Positions 1-8,717 of a DNA stretch of 39,150 nucleotides are shown one piece after another (the stretch's first letter is position 1; each line of letters starts with the position of its first letter). The stretch covers positions 1 to 39,150 of the forward strand of contig CAZJUU010000001.1 of the NCBI GenBank assembly GCA_964549295.1, given 5' to 3'. Both the position numbers and the translations under genes were made by a program. The stretch is from an uncultured Candidatus Bathyarchaeia archaeon. Its GTDB lineage: Archaea > Thermoproteota > Bathyarchaeia > 40CM-2-53-6 > CAVXDP01. The notes below the pieces were generated by a model. The model saw only the letters and a program-made list of their open reading frames with translations. It did not search any database and had not been told where the DNA came from.

Positions 1-227
1 CGGAAAAAAGGGGTTTTGGTATGAATTCGTGCATATGCATGGATATCCCCCGGGATACCACTCCTATGTTCTATGGTCCAATTGAGATTCGAAGAATCGT
101 TCTGGAATCTAACGCCAATTCCTGTTGAGCTTCTGTGACTTGACCATCATCAATTTGTAGTCGTCGTTTCAGTCTACCGCGTCTGAACTTCCTTTTCAGG
201 TTCTCCGTTTGGATTCGCAAGGCATAG

Positions 228-1514
228 ATGCACAATCGTTTCTATGATAGTCAGATACCTTCCAGATTGTGTTGCGGAGTGAGCGCGTTGAAGCGTGATA
301 TTGGTCTGTGGAGCGCAACCGCCATTGGAGTAGGAGCAATTATCGGAGCGGGAATTTTTGTTGTAACTGGTGTTGCGGCAGGTGCTGCTGGACCAGCGAT
401 AATTGTTTCGATGATCATCACTGGAATAGTAGCGGCGTTTACTGCTCTGAGTTTCTCTGAGCTTAGCGCGGTTCTTCCACGGGAGGGTGGTGCCTACATA
501 TTTGCACGCGAACTTATATCTCCATATGTGGGGTTTATTGCTGGTTGGATGTGGATCTTCTCCAACATCTTTACCGGCGCTGCTGTCTCCCTCGGATTCG
601 CCCACTACTTTGGAGCTGTGTCCCCACAGCTGCCAACAAAATTCGTTGCAGTTGCAATATCTCTGGTTTTCATATCGCTCAACTACATAGGAGTTCGACA
701 TTCGGCCACGCTAAACAACGTACTTGTCTCGGTGAAAATTGCGATACTCATATTCTTCGTGGCACTCGGTGTCGGATATCTGAATATCAGCCACTTCACT
801 CCTTTTGCGCCAAACGGTTTCTCTGGTGTGCTTGAAGGGTCCTCTCTCATCTTCTTTGCTTATGCTGGATTCGCTCGGATTGCCATAATGGCAGAGGAGG
901 TGAAAGACCCCCGTCATACCATCCCACGATCATTGGTTCTCTCACTAGGAATATCGATGGTCATCTACCTCCTCGTCAGTTTTGTCGGCATAGGTTTGGT
1001 TGGCTACGTTGGTCTTTCCAGAACCGGGTCACCATTGGCCGAAGCGATTCACGTAACAGGAAGCCATTATGCAGTGCTTCTAGTCTCTTTGGGTGCATTG
1101 GTGGCAACAGCAAGCGTCTTGTTGACAACAATCTTGGGAGTTTCGCGTGTCACATTTGCCATGGCGAGGGAGAACGATCTGCCTGGTCTTCTGAGCAAGA
1201 TACACTCCAAGTACAAGACTCCGTATGTTGCGATATGGATTTCTGGAACATTGATGATTGTAGCCGCAGTTTTTGCCGATCTGAATCAAGTGATTGCAGT
1301 CAGCAATTTTGCTTCGTTGTTGTACTACTCCATTGCTAACGTGGCTGCGTTGCGACTGGATAGAAAGGTTCGACGTTACCACACTCTTGTACCAGCGGTC
1401 GGATTGCTCTCATGTCTCAGCCTTCTTGTTTTTCTCAAGCTCGATGCATGGCTAGTTGGTGTGATTGGCTTGGGACTCGGTACAGTATACTACAGAAGAA
1501 TCCACAGACACTAG
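228..1514 (+). CDS. APC-superfamily amino acid permease (multi-pass transporter)
   Basis: 428-aa very hydrophobic ORF. The N-terminal LKRDIGLW..TAIGVGAIIGAGIFV signature is typical of amino-acid/polyamine/organocation permeases. Overlapping ORFs 174..701(-), 487..690, 545..835, 711..917(-) and 1080..1382(-) look like frame shadows. The start could also be an internal GTG near 279. Confidence 0.8.
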   Translation: MHNRFYDSQIPSRLCCGVSALKRDIGLWSATAIGVGAIIGAGIFVVTGVAAGAAGPAIIVSMIITGIVAAFTALSFSELSAVLPREGGAYIFARELISPYVGFIAGWMWIFSNIFTGAAVSLGFAHYFGAVSPQLPTKFVAVAISLVFISLNYIGVRHSATLNNVLVSVKIAILIFFVALGVGYLNISHFTPFAPNGFSGVLEGSSLIFFAYAGFARIAIMAEEVKDPRHTIPRSLVLSLGISMVIYLLVSFVGIGLVGYVGLSRTGSPLAEAIHVTGSHYAVLLVSLGALVATASVLLTTILGVSRVTFAMARENDLPGLLSKIHSKYKTPYVAIWISGTLMIVAAVFADLNQVIAVSNFASLLYYSIANVAALRLDRKVRRYHTLVPAVGLLSCLSLLVFLKLDAWLVGVIGLGLGTVYYRRIHRH

Positions 1515-1555
1515 GGGCCTTGGGATACAATTCACGCTCAGCTCCACTTTCTCAA

Positions 1556-1602
1556 TCAGACTCGAATCTCCAGGGAGATTCGATTTCTGAGTATCAATTT
1601 TT
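1556..1602 (+). terminator. Hairpin followed by T5 between convergent genes (candidate terminator)
   Basis: tcgaatctcc (1562-1571) pairs with ggagattcga (1574-1583). The stem is extended by tcaga (1556-1560) pairing with tctga (1586-1590). A T5 run lies at 1598-1602. The element sits 42 nt after the permease stop. Confidence 0.35.
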
Positions 1603-1699
1603 GGAACGAGACCACGCGTTCCATTCGCCAGCATTGGCACTCAATTTTCAGAGCACACTGGAGTGCAAAACACTCTTGATCTCCTAATTTCGTCACAGG

Positions 1700-2128
1700 C
1701 TAGGATCTAACCACGAATCTTCGCCTAGTTAGCAGAAAGAACAGGAACATTGCCACAATTGCCATCGCAAACGCGACCACAATCATGAGGGATGATTGTG
1801 GTCCTGCTCCAACCGCTATTGGGAACGGTCCGATAAAGATGACTAGGCCACTGCTGCCTCCAGTTGAGGAAACTGAGGCAAGGGTCATCAGCAGCACTCC
1901 AACAACTATCATGATGAAGGAAGTCAGAAAGATGGTTAATTCCATTGGCCAACCCCTTATGATGTTTCTCGGCAGATCCATAGTCTCGATAGTGGGCAGG
2001 TGCTGTGAACAGTTCCTGCACAGCCAAACATGCGGATTGAAGCAGTTCGAGCATACTGCTTTTCCACATTTCGTACAAACGTAGATTGCAGTAGACCGAC
2101 TGCACTGCTCGCAAAATCTTTGGGACAT
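1700..2128 (-). CDS. Small membrane protein, DUF131/TIGR00304-like, with N-terminal 4xCxxC zinc finger
   Basis: 142 aa with an ATG start. The N-terminus reads CEQC-x8-CTKC-x4-CSNC-x3-H-x3-CRNC. TM helices follow, carrying GLVIFIGPFPIAVG, the same motif as in the adjacent paralog. Confidence 0.55.
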   Translation of the reverse strand: MSQRFCEQCSRSTAIYVCTKCGKAVCSNCFNPHVWLCRNCSQHLPTIETMDLPRNIIRGWPMELTIFLTSFIMIVVGVLLMTLASVSSTGGSSGLVIFIGPFPIAVGAGPQSSLMIVVAFAMAIVAMFLFFLLTRRRFVVRS

Positions 2129-2139
2129 GTGAACGTACC

Positions 2140-2472
2140 CTACCCTCTCGTGAAAGATCCAAACAACATAAACGCCAGAACGACTCCAATCAACACTATT
2201 GACAGTAGTACCAATGTCTTCACAGATTCTTTGTCAGTTCCAAATATGATTGGAAACGGTCCGATCATGACTATTCCTCCACCTCTCACATTCGATCCAG
2301 ATCTCCCTCGGCGAACCATAAGCATAAGAACGGACACAACTGCCAACGTGAATCCTCCCAGCACCAGCAAGAGTCCAACATCGAACAGGATCCTACTGCT
2401 CATACAGAGTCTACGCCTTTCTCCGTCATTAAATTCTTCAGAACGTTCTATGTAGGTTTTTCTTGTGGACAA
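2140..2472 (-). CDS. Small membrane protein, DUF131/TIGR00304-like (tandem paralog, no zinc finger)
   Basis: 110 aa with hydrophobic segments flanking GGIVMIGPFPIIFGTD. It lies 11 nt upstream of the paralog at 1700..2128 on the same strand. Confidence 0.55.
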   Translation of the reverse strand: MSTRKTYIERSEEFNDGERRRLCMSSRILFDVGLLLVLGGFTLAVVSVLMLMVRRGRSGSNVRGGGIVMIGPFPIIFGTDKESVKTLVLLSIVLIGVVLAFMLFGSFTRG

Positions 2473-2572
2473 TGCAACAGGACTAATACTGATTGATTCG
2501 AAATTCTTGTGTCAGGAGATTAATTGGAGTTGTTGGTTTCCAGTGATGAACAGAGATTTTGTTAGGGTAGGG

Positions 2573-2580
2573 TTTATATA
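2573..2580 (+). promoter_or_regulatory. TATA-box-like element upstream of rpoD operon
   Basis: TTTATATA lies 50 nt upstream of the ATG at 2630, in a 157-nt non-coding gap. Confidence 0.45.
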
Positions 2581-2629
2581 AGTTCAGGAGTCTGTTGCAT
2601 CACCAACTTTCCGAAGGTTGCACTCATTC

Positions 2630-3448
2630 ATGGATGTGAAGGTTCTAGAGGAAAATGAAGCCTCAATCAGGTTCATGCTAAGCGATGTCACTCCCGCTTT
2701 TGCAAATGCCATTAGGAGGATCATAATCTCAGAAATTCCGACAATGGCAATAGATGACGTAATGATAGTAGAGAACACGTCCGTTATGTATGATGAAATC
2801 TTGGCTCACAGGCTCGGATTGATTCCTCTAACAACAGATCTGGACACCTACGTCCTTCCAGAGCAATGTGACTGCAAAAGTGAACTGGGGTGCAGCAAAT
2901 GCAGAGCATCTTTAACACTTGAGGTAGAAAGCCAAGATGAAACAATCATCGTATATTCTAGTGAGCTAAAGCCTCAAGATCCAAACGTGAAACCTGTCAG
3001 CGACAAGGTTCCAATAGTCAAATTGGCTCCCAAACAGAAGATCCGACTGGAAGCCTACGCAAAACTAGGCCGCGGCCTAGAACACGCAAAGTGGCAACCA
3101 GTATCAGCATGCGCTTACAAGTATCTCCCTCACGTGACAGTCGACCCGAAAAGAGCCGTTGAAGCCGTTGAATGTGCAAAATGGTGCCCCAAAAACGTCT
3201 TCGCATTTGAAGGAAACAGGGCAGTCGTAAAGAACGAAATGAACTGCACCTTATGTATGGAATGCGTCAGACATTGCGAGAAGAAATCCCCAGTCAAAGT
3301 CGAAGGGGATGATAGCATCTTCATATTCTACGTTGAACCCACGGGATCAATGCCAATAGAGACTCTCGTGAATCAGGCATCGAAAGTATTGGCGGACAAA
3401 GCCGAAGAACTGAATACAAAACTAGCCACAAGGGAAGAGAACGCATGA
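2630..3448 (+). CDS. rpoD: DNA-directed RNA polymerase subunit D (Rpo3)
   Basis: MDVKVLEENE..IRFMLSDVTPAFANAIRRIIISEIPTMAIDDV is the classic alpha/RBP3-like N-terminus. A Cys-rich ferredoxin-like insert is present (CAKWCP..CTLCMECVRHC). The ORF track starts at TTG 2618, but the ATG at 2630 is more likely. Confidence 0.9.
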   Translation: MDVKVLEENEASIRFMLSDVTPAFANAIRRIIISEIPTMAIDDVMIVENTSVMYDEILAHRLGLIPLTTDLDTYVLPEQCDCKSELGCSKCRASLTLEVESQDETIIVYSSELKPQDPNVKPVSDKVPIVKLAPKQKIRLEAYAKLGRGLEHAKWQPVSACAYKYLPHVTVDPKRAVEAVECAKWCPKNVFAFEGNRAVVKNEMNCTLCMECVRHCEKKSPVKVEGDDSIFIFYVEPTGSMPIETLVNQASKVLADKAEELNTKLATREENA

Positions 3449-3804
3449 AATCACAATCCGCAAATCCTCAACTAACCGCGCTTATCTCAAAACTGAGAAA
3501 GAAATCGCGAGAGACAAAGACACCTTTGTACAGACGTTTAGCACAAGATCTTTCCAGATCGAAGAGGTCGCGAAAGGCTGTAAACCTAAGCAGGATTGCA
3601 AGACACACTAGTGATGGAAGTGTGGTTGCAGTTGCAGGAAAGGTACTTTCAGCCGGAAGATTGGGTCACAAGGTCACTGTAGCCGCGCTCAGGTTTTCGG
3701 ATCAAGCAAAAGAGAAGATCGAGAAGGCTGGTGGGAAGTGCATTTCCTTGGTTGATTTGGCTGAAGCGAATCCCAAAGGCGCAAAGATTGTCTTGTTGAG
3801 ATGA
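3445..3804 (+). CDS. rpl18e: 50S ribosomal protein L18e
   Basis: 119 aa. NPQLTALISKLRK..PLYRRLAQDL..AVNLSRI..VVAVAGKVLSAGRL matches the L18e/L15 family. The ATG overlaps the rpoD stop as ATGA. Confidence 0.85.
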   Translation: MKSQSANPQLTALISKLRKKSRETKTPLYRRLAQDLSRSKRSRKAVNLSRIARHTSDGSVVAVAGKVLSAGRLGHKVTVAALRFSDQAKEKIEKAGGKCISLVDLAEANPKGAKIVLLR

Positions 3805-3811
3805 GGATAGA

Positions 3812-4255
3812 ATGGCTTCTCAAACTCAATTTATTGACGCCACAGATCAAATCCTAGGCAGACTCGCAACCTACGTTGCAAAGAGCGTTCTAAACGGCAA
3901 GGAGACAGTGGTGCTTAACGTGGAGAAGGCGGTTATCTCTGGAAGAAGAAAGATGATTGTGGACAGGGCGAAACTTCGGCTCAAGACCCGAACATTAGGG
4001 GCTCAGAGAAAAGGGCCAGTACACTTTCGGAGACCCGACACGTTGGCCAAACGGGTAATCCGTGGAATGCTTCCCTGGAAGAAATCAAGTGGAAAAGCAG
4101 CGTTCAAAAGGGTCAGGGTATACATGGGAGTTCCCGAAGAATTCAAGGACAAACCAGTTATGAAGGTTCCAGGAGCTGAGGCCTCAAAACTGAGTTGTCC
4201 ATACATTACTTTGGAAGAACTATCAAAGGAGATTGGGGTGGCAGTATCAAGTTGA
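3812..4255 (+). CDS. rpl13: 50S ribosomal protein L13
   Basis: [37 protein letters not shown] is the conserved L13 N-terminus. A GAGGA lies just upstream of the ATG. Confidence 0.9.
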   Translation: MASQTQFIDATDQILGRLATYVAKSVLNGKETVVLNVEKAVISGRRKMIVDRAKLRLKTRTLGAQRKGPVHFRRPDTLAKRVIRGMLPWKKSSGKAAFKRVRVYMGVPEEFKDKPVMKVPGAEASKLSCPYITLEELSKEIGVAVSS

Positions 4256-4662
4256 GCGAACGAAAACGTGTTCTCCTCGTTACAGGAAAAAGAAAGACCG
4301 CTGTTGCTAGGGCTGTCGTTCGTCCAGGAACCGGAAGGGTGACTGTAAACAAGTTTCCCGTTGAGCTTGTCCAGCCCGAGGTAGCTCGATCAAAAATCAT
4401 GGAGCCCCTAGTTGTTGCTGGAGAGAGGAGAAAAGGCGTAGACATAAGTGTCGTTGTGAATGGTGGTGGATACATGGGGCAGGCTGAGGCAGCCCGTATA
4501 GCAATAGCCAGAGCTCTAGCTGAATGGACAAAGAGCAGCGAACTTAGAAGGGTATTCACAGGTTTTGACAGAACCATGCTTGCTGGCGATCCGAGACGCT
4601 CAGAATCGAAGAAGTTTGGTGGGCCTGGGGCCAGAAGACGGAAACAGAAATCCTACAGGTGA
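4252..4662 (+). CDS. rps9: 30S ribosomal protein S9
   Basis: [23 protein letters not shown] and the C-terminal [16 protein letters not shown] are S9 hallmarks. The chosen start is the in-frame TTG at 4252, which overlaps the L13 stop as TTGA and is preceded by GGGGTG. The ORF-track start at 4195 would overlap L13 by 61 nt. Confidence 0.9.
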   Translation: MSERKRVLLVTGKRKTAVARAVVRPGTGRVTVNKFPVELVQPEVARSKIMEPLVVAGERRKGVDISVVVNGGGYMGQAEAARIAIARALAEWTKSSELRRVFTGFDRTMLAGDPRRSESKKFGGPGARRRKQKSYR

Positions 4663-4678
4663 TTTGGAGAGCACTAAT

Positions 4679-4903
4679 TTGATAATACCTGTTCGTTGTT
4701 TCAGTTGTGGAAGCCTTGTAGGAGACAAATGGGAAGAGTTCGCTCGAAGAGTGAAAGAGGGAGAAGAACCCAAACGCGTCCTCGACGACATTGGAATGAA
4801 GAGGTTCTGTTGCAGAAGAATGCTGATCTCTAACGTAGAGGTTATTGACGAGTTTCTAAAATACGCTGAAATTTCGTCAAAGAGAAGATCGCAGACCCTG
4901 TAA
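4679..4903 (+). CDS. rpoN: DNA-directed RNA polymerase subunit N (Rpo10)
   Basis: (L/M)[20 protein letters not shown]...KRFCCRRML is the Rpo10/RPB10 zinc-bundle signature. A TTG start at 4679 is preceded by GGAGAG. The upstream part of ORF 4565..4903 overlaps S9. Confidence 0.85.
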   Translation: MIIPVRCFSCGSLVGDKWEEFARRVKEGEEPKRVLDDIGMKRFCCRRMLISNVEVIDEFLKYAEISSKRRSQTL

Positions 4904-4906
4904 GAA

Positions 4907-5584
4907 TTGCAGATGATCTACATGAGCAAAGACGAAAAGGAAATGATGCCGAAGACCGAGGATCTCCTCCTTCCGTTAGAGGATCTACTAGCAGCAGGTC
5001 TTCACATCGGAACCAGAATCAAGACCGGCGATATGAAAGAATACATTTACCGCGTGCGGCCAGATGGACTATTCATCCTGAACATTGGAAAGACGGATGA
5101 GAAGATTAGACTAGCAGCAAAATTCATTGCGAGATTCGACCCCTCACGTGTACTTGTTGTGTCTTCAAGACTCTATGGAAAAGCGCCAATAGAGAAGTTC
5201 TGCGAAAAGACAAGAACCGTCCCAAGCGTCGGAAGATTTCTACCTGGTTTCATTTCAAATCCTCTTCAACCGAAACATGGAGAGCCTCAACTGGTAATTG
5301 TTACAGATCCACGCGCAGACTGGCAGGCAATCAAGGAAGCCTCATCATCTGGAATTCCAGTAATAGCTTTCTGCGACACCGACAATACATTCTCAGGAGT
5401 GGATCTCGCCATTCCAATAAACAACAAGGGTAGACGCGCATTGGCGATGGCCTACTGGCTTCTCGCAAGACAAGTCCTACGTGAAAGAGGAGAACTTGCT
5501 CCAGACGCTCAATTTCCATTAACAGTGGACGATTTTGAAACGAAACTCGCAACTATATCTCCAAAGATGGGCGGTGAGGATTGA
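4907..5584 (+). CDS. rps2: 30S ribosomal protein S2
   Basis: LLAAGLHIGTR..YIYRVRPDGLFILNIGKTDEKIRLAA and VTDPRAD..AIKEA..GIPVIAFCDTDN are S2/SA family motifs. The start is ambiguous (TTG 4907, ATG 4913 or ATG 4922). Confidence 0.9.
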   Translation: MQMIYMSKDEKEMMPKTEDLLLPLEDLLAAGLHIGTRIKTGDMKEYIYRVRPDGLFILNIGKTDEKIRLAAKFIARFDPSRVLVVSSRLYGKAPIEKFCEKTRTVPSVGRFLPGFISNPLQPKHGEPQLVIVTDPRADWQAIKEASSSGIPVIAFCDTDNTFSGVDLAIPINNKGRRALAMAYWLLARQVLRERGELAPDAQFPLTVDDFETKLATISPKMGGED

Positions 5585-6429
5585 AAGTTAGAAGTCCCTG
5601 CCAAGCCGGAGCCTTCTATGCCGGAACAAAGTCATCACTAACCAAGCAGATTGAAAACTGTTTTCTACACAAACTGGGCCCTGGAAAACTCCCTGCGCCA
5701 AACAAGAAAGGCAAGAGGAGCATAGTAGCTCTCGTCTGCCCGCACGCTGGATACATGTACTCTGGACCGGTTGCTGCAAACTCCTACTTCGCACTGGCAA
5801 AGGACGGAATCCCAGAAACATGCGTTATCATGGGCCCAAACCATACGGGAATGGGAAGCGGCGTCTCAATCATGGTAGAAGGCGCATGGGAAACCCCGCT
5901 GGGAACATCTTCGATCGACGCTGAAACTGCCAAGAAGATTCAGGAACAAAGCAAGATAATCGACGTCGATGAGTCAGCACATAGACTTGAACATTCCATA
6001 GAGGTTCAACTTCCCTTTCTTCAATACACATACGGTACAAACCTCAAGTTCGTTCCAATATGCATGATGATGCAAGATCTGACAACGAGCTGCGAAGTCG
6101 GTGAAGCCATCTCAAACGCCATATCCGGTTCAAATGCAATCATAATAGCTTCATCAGACATGACCCACTATGAAAACCAAGCAGCCGCATCGAAGAAAGA
6201 TATGTCAGTGATAGAACAAATCCTGGGCCTCGATGAGGAATCTCTTCAGAGGATCGTGGAATCCCAAAACGTCACGATGTGCGGATATGGCCCAGTCACC
6301 GCGGCAATAAAAGCTGCAAATCTACTTGGAGCCAGAGACGCAACGCTACTTTCCTACAAGACCAGTGGAGACATTACAGGAGATACAAGCGCAGTAGTCG
6401 GATACGCCTCAATATCGATAACCAAGTAG
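5581..6429 (+). CDS. MEMO1 family protein (AmmeMemoRadiSam system protein B-like)
   Basis: The sequence has AGAFYAG near the N-terminus, CPHAGYMYSGPVAANSY, and SSDMTHYE. The TTG start overlaps the S2 stop as TTGA. Confidence 0.8.
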   Translation: MKVRSPCQAGAFYAGTKSSLTKQIENCFLHKLGPGKLPAPNKKGKRSIVALVCPHAGYMYSGPVAANSYFALAKDGIPETCVIMGPNHTGMGSGVSIMVEGAWETPLGTSSIDAETAKKIQEQSKIIDVDESAHRLEHSIEVQLPFLQYTYGTNLKFVPICMMMQDLTTSCEVGEAISNAISGSNAIIIASSDMTHYENQAAASKKDMSVIEQILGLDEESLQRIVESQNVTMCGYGPVTAAIKAANLLGARDATLLSYKTSGDITGDTSAVVGYASISITK

Positions 6430-7448
6430 TGCTTAACAAGCGAATACGGGAAGGCGTTTGTCAACTGAGAGCGGTAGCTACAGCACCGGCCAAGGTCATC
6501 CTGACCGGAGAACATTTCGTGGTCATAGGTAAACCAGCCATCGCGATGGCTGTAAACCTCTACTCAAAAGTAAAGATATCGAAAAGAAACGATTCAACGA
6601 TTCGCATAGCATCAAGTTCACTGAAGGCTTCGGGAACCTTCCACTCTGGAGTATACGTCCCGGAAACCGGAACAGCAGACGCTGGAAAAGCCCTTCAGCC
6701 TATCAATTCAATCGCTTCACACTTGATTGAAAAAGCCGAATTGAAGAATCAAGGCTTAGACATAGAAATAGATTCCAGCATTCCTCTGGCAGCAGGCCTC
6801 GGATCATCCGCTTCAGTTTCAGTCTCCACTATAGCAAGTCTGTCTAAACTCCTCGAATTGAAATCAAGCCGAGAAGAGATAAGAGAACTCGCATTCATTC
6901 CAGAAGGAATTGTCCATGGCAAACCTTCTGGAATAGATCAGACCACAGCAACATATGGCGGCGTAGTGAAGTTTCAACGCGACAAGGGATTCGAGTATGT
7001 GAATGCAAAACGTGACATACCAATTGTCATAGGGAATACGGGCATCGCCAGATCTACCGGAGAACAAGTCATGAAGGTGCGGATAATGTCTCAAGAACAT
7101 CCTCAAGAATTCAACGTTATCGCGACCCAAGCAGGTGAGATTTCAGTTCAAGCAAAAGAAGCCATAGAAAAAGGGGACCTATTGCATCTTGGTAAGCTCA
7201 TGAATGAGAACCATGATTTGCTGAGGAGGGTAGGAGTCTCAAACACGAAGCTCGAGACGCTTATCTCGTCTGCGAAAGCAAGTGGAGCTCTTGGGGCCAA
7301 ACTCACTGGTGCAGGCGGAGGCGGCTGTATGATCGCTCTTGTGGACCAAAACGAGGAAGAAAAAGTGGCAGAAGAAATAGCCAAGTCGGGCGGACAACCT
7401 TTCACTGTCAAGACGGATAGGGAAGGCGTCAAAGCCTGGCTTGAGTAA
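6429..7448 (+). CDS. mvk: Mevalonate kinase (GHMP kinase)
   Basis: APAKVILTGEHFVVIGKPAIAMAV is an MVK-type N-terminus. PLAAGLGSSASVSVS is GHMP motif II and KLTGAGGGGCMIAL is motif III. The GTG at 6429 shares one base with the MEMO stop (TAGTG). The track's 6279 start would overlap the MEMO gene by 150 nt. Confidence 0.85.
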   Translation: MLNKRIREGVCQLRAVATAPAKVILTGEHFVVIGKPAIAMAVNLYSKVKISKRNDSTIRIASSSLKASGTFHSGVYVPETGTADAGKALQPINSIASHLIEKAELKNQGLDIEIDSSIPLAAGLGSSASVSVSTIASLSKLLELKSSREEIRELAFIPEGIVHGKPSGIDQTTATYGGVVKFQRDKGFEYVNAKRDIPIVIGNTGIARSTGEQVMKVRIMSQEHPQEFNVIATQAGEISVQAKEAIEKGDLLHLGKLMNENHDLLRRVGVSNTKLETLISSAKASGALGAKLTGAGGGGCMIALVDQNEEEKVAEEIAKSGGQPFTVKTDREGVKAWLE

Positions 7449-7491
7449 GACGGCAATGACAGTCATTTTCCCTTTTCGGAATTGATTCGAT

Positions 7492-8592
7492 ATGAGAACA
7501 AAGATCGAAGCGAGAAAGCTAGGGCACATCAGAATTAGTGCTAGGAAGAATGTGGAATCAGAAAGATCCACAGGATTCGAAAACGTCTACATAGTTCACA
7601 AAGCAGTACCAGAAATCGACAAGAATGATGTGGAAACATCAACGGCTATCTTCAGTCATCAGTTGATGGCGCCAATCATAATTGGTCCTATGACTGGTGG
7701 AACTCCTGAGGCTGGAAAAATCAATTCTGTTCTGGCTGAAACGGCGGAGAAGTTGGGTTTAGGAATTGGCGTCGGAAGCCAGAGAGCGGCGCTTGAGAAT
7801 ACAAGTCTCGCATACACCTACAATATAGTAAGGAAGAAGGCGCCTAACGCGTTTGTTCTAGCCAATGTTGGTTGCCCACAGCTTGTCAAAGGCAATGGCA
7901 TAGAGACTGCAAAGGCAGCCATAGAAATGATTGATGCTAACGGGCTCTACATCCATTTGAACCCACTACAAGAGTCTGTGCAACATGAAGGAGAGACTTG
8001 TTTCCAGACTGTTCTAGAAAAGATAGGTGAAGTTGTCAGGGTTGTCAAAGTTCCTGTGATAGTGAAAGAGACTGGGGCGGGGATATCATCGGATGTTGCT
8101 AAGAAACTAGTGGAGATCGGCGTGAGCGGGATCGATGTCTCAGGAGCCGGCGGAACAAGCTGGGCTGGAGTCGAATACTATAGAGCCAAGCAAATCTCCG
8201 ACAGACTGCATGCTAGGCTGGGAGAGACCTTCTGGAACTGGGGAATATCGACAGCAGCTAGCCTCGTCGAGGTTGTTGCGTCAACAACGACTACAGTTAT
8301 TGCCTCAGGAGGAATTCGAAGTGGACTCGACATCGCCAAATCAATAGCGCTCGGAGCGTCTGTCAGCAGCCTTGCATTACCTCTAGTTCGTCCAGCGCTT
8401 AAGGGATCAAGAGAAGTCGAAAACCTACTCAGAACGATCATCGAGGAGTTGAAGACTGCTATGTTCCTAGCGGGAGCAAAGAACATCGCAGATCTGAAAA
8501 AAGTGCCGGTTGTGGTAACAGGTTCGACGCGGGAATGGCTGTCAGAGAGAGGTTTCGACACGGGCGCGTATGCAAAACGATCCTCGTTCTAG
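7492..8592 (+). CDS. fni: Isopentenyl-diphosphate delta-isomerase, type 2 (FMN-dependent)
   Basis: RKLGHIRIS.., PIIIGPMTGG, VGSQR, VKETGAGIS, DVSGAGGTSWA and ASGGIRSGLDIAKSIALGA match a TIM-barrel type-2 IDI. Confidence 0.9.
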   Translation: MRTKIEARKLGHIRISARKNVESERSTGFENVYIVHKAVPEIDKNDVETSTAIFSHQLMAPIIIGPMTGGTPEAGKINSVLAETAEKLGLGIGVGSQRAALENTSLAYTYNIVRKKAPNAFVLANVGCPQLVKGNGIETAKAAIEMIDANGLYIHLNPLQESVQHEGETCFQTVLEKIGEVVRVVKVPVIVKETGAGISSDVAKKLVEIGVSGIDVSGAGGTSWAGVEYYRAKQISDRLHARLGETFWNWGISTAASLVEVVASTTTTVIASGGIRSGLDIAKSIALGASVSSLALPLVRPALKGSREVENLLRTIIEELKTAMFLAGAKNIADLKKVPVVVTGSTREWLSERGFDTGAYAKRSSF

Positions 8593-8717
8593 CTTCACAG
8601 AGCAAATTCTGATGAACACGAATTCAACTTGAAGAACAATCTTAATCAACTATTCTCTTTGAAGAAGTAGGCCCATCTGTCAATTCGTTGTGAATTCGGA
8701 ATGGAGGATGATTTGAC

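Noticed and set aside
2-85. An open frame running in from the left window edge (..GKKGFWYEFVHMHGYPPGYHSYVLWSN*), possibly the 3' end of an upstream gene
   Set aside because: Only 27 codons are visible and no motif is recognisable. This cannot be distinguished from chance.
174-1382. ORFs 174..701(-), 487..690(+), 545..835(+), 711..917(-) and 1080..1382(-) overlapping the permease gene
   Set aside because: All are nested in the strongly supported 428-aa transporter ORF and have Arg/Ser/Cys-rich shadow-frame composition.
2543-2600. A possible C box (GTGATGA at 2543-2549), and a minus-strand GTGATGC...CTGA, upstream of rpoD
   Set aside because: There is no matching D box or C' box with correct spacing, and the region is better explained as the rpoD promoter (TTTATATA at 2573).
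6279-6428. A 50-codon N-terminal extension of the mevalonate kinase ORF
   Set aside because: It overlaps the MEMO1-like gene in another frame. The MVK homology begins right after the GTG at 6429, which abuts the MEMO stop.
8609-8690. A possible C/D box sRNA in the fni / hmgA gap (CTGATGA at about 8609-8615)
   Set aside because: There is no CUGA D box at an appropriate distance, no C'/D' pair and no terminal stem.
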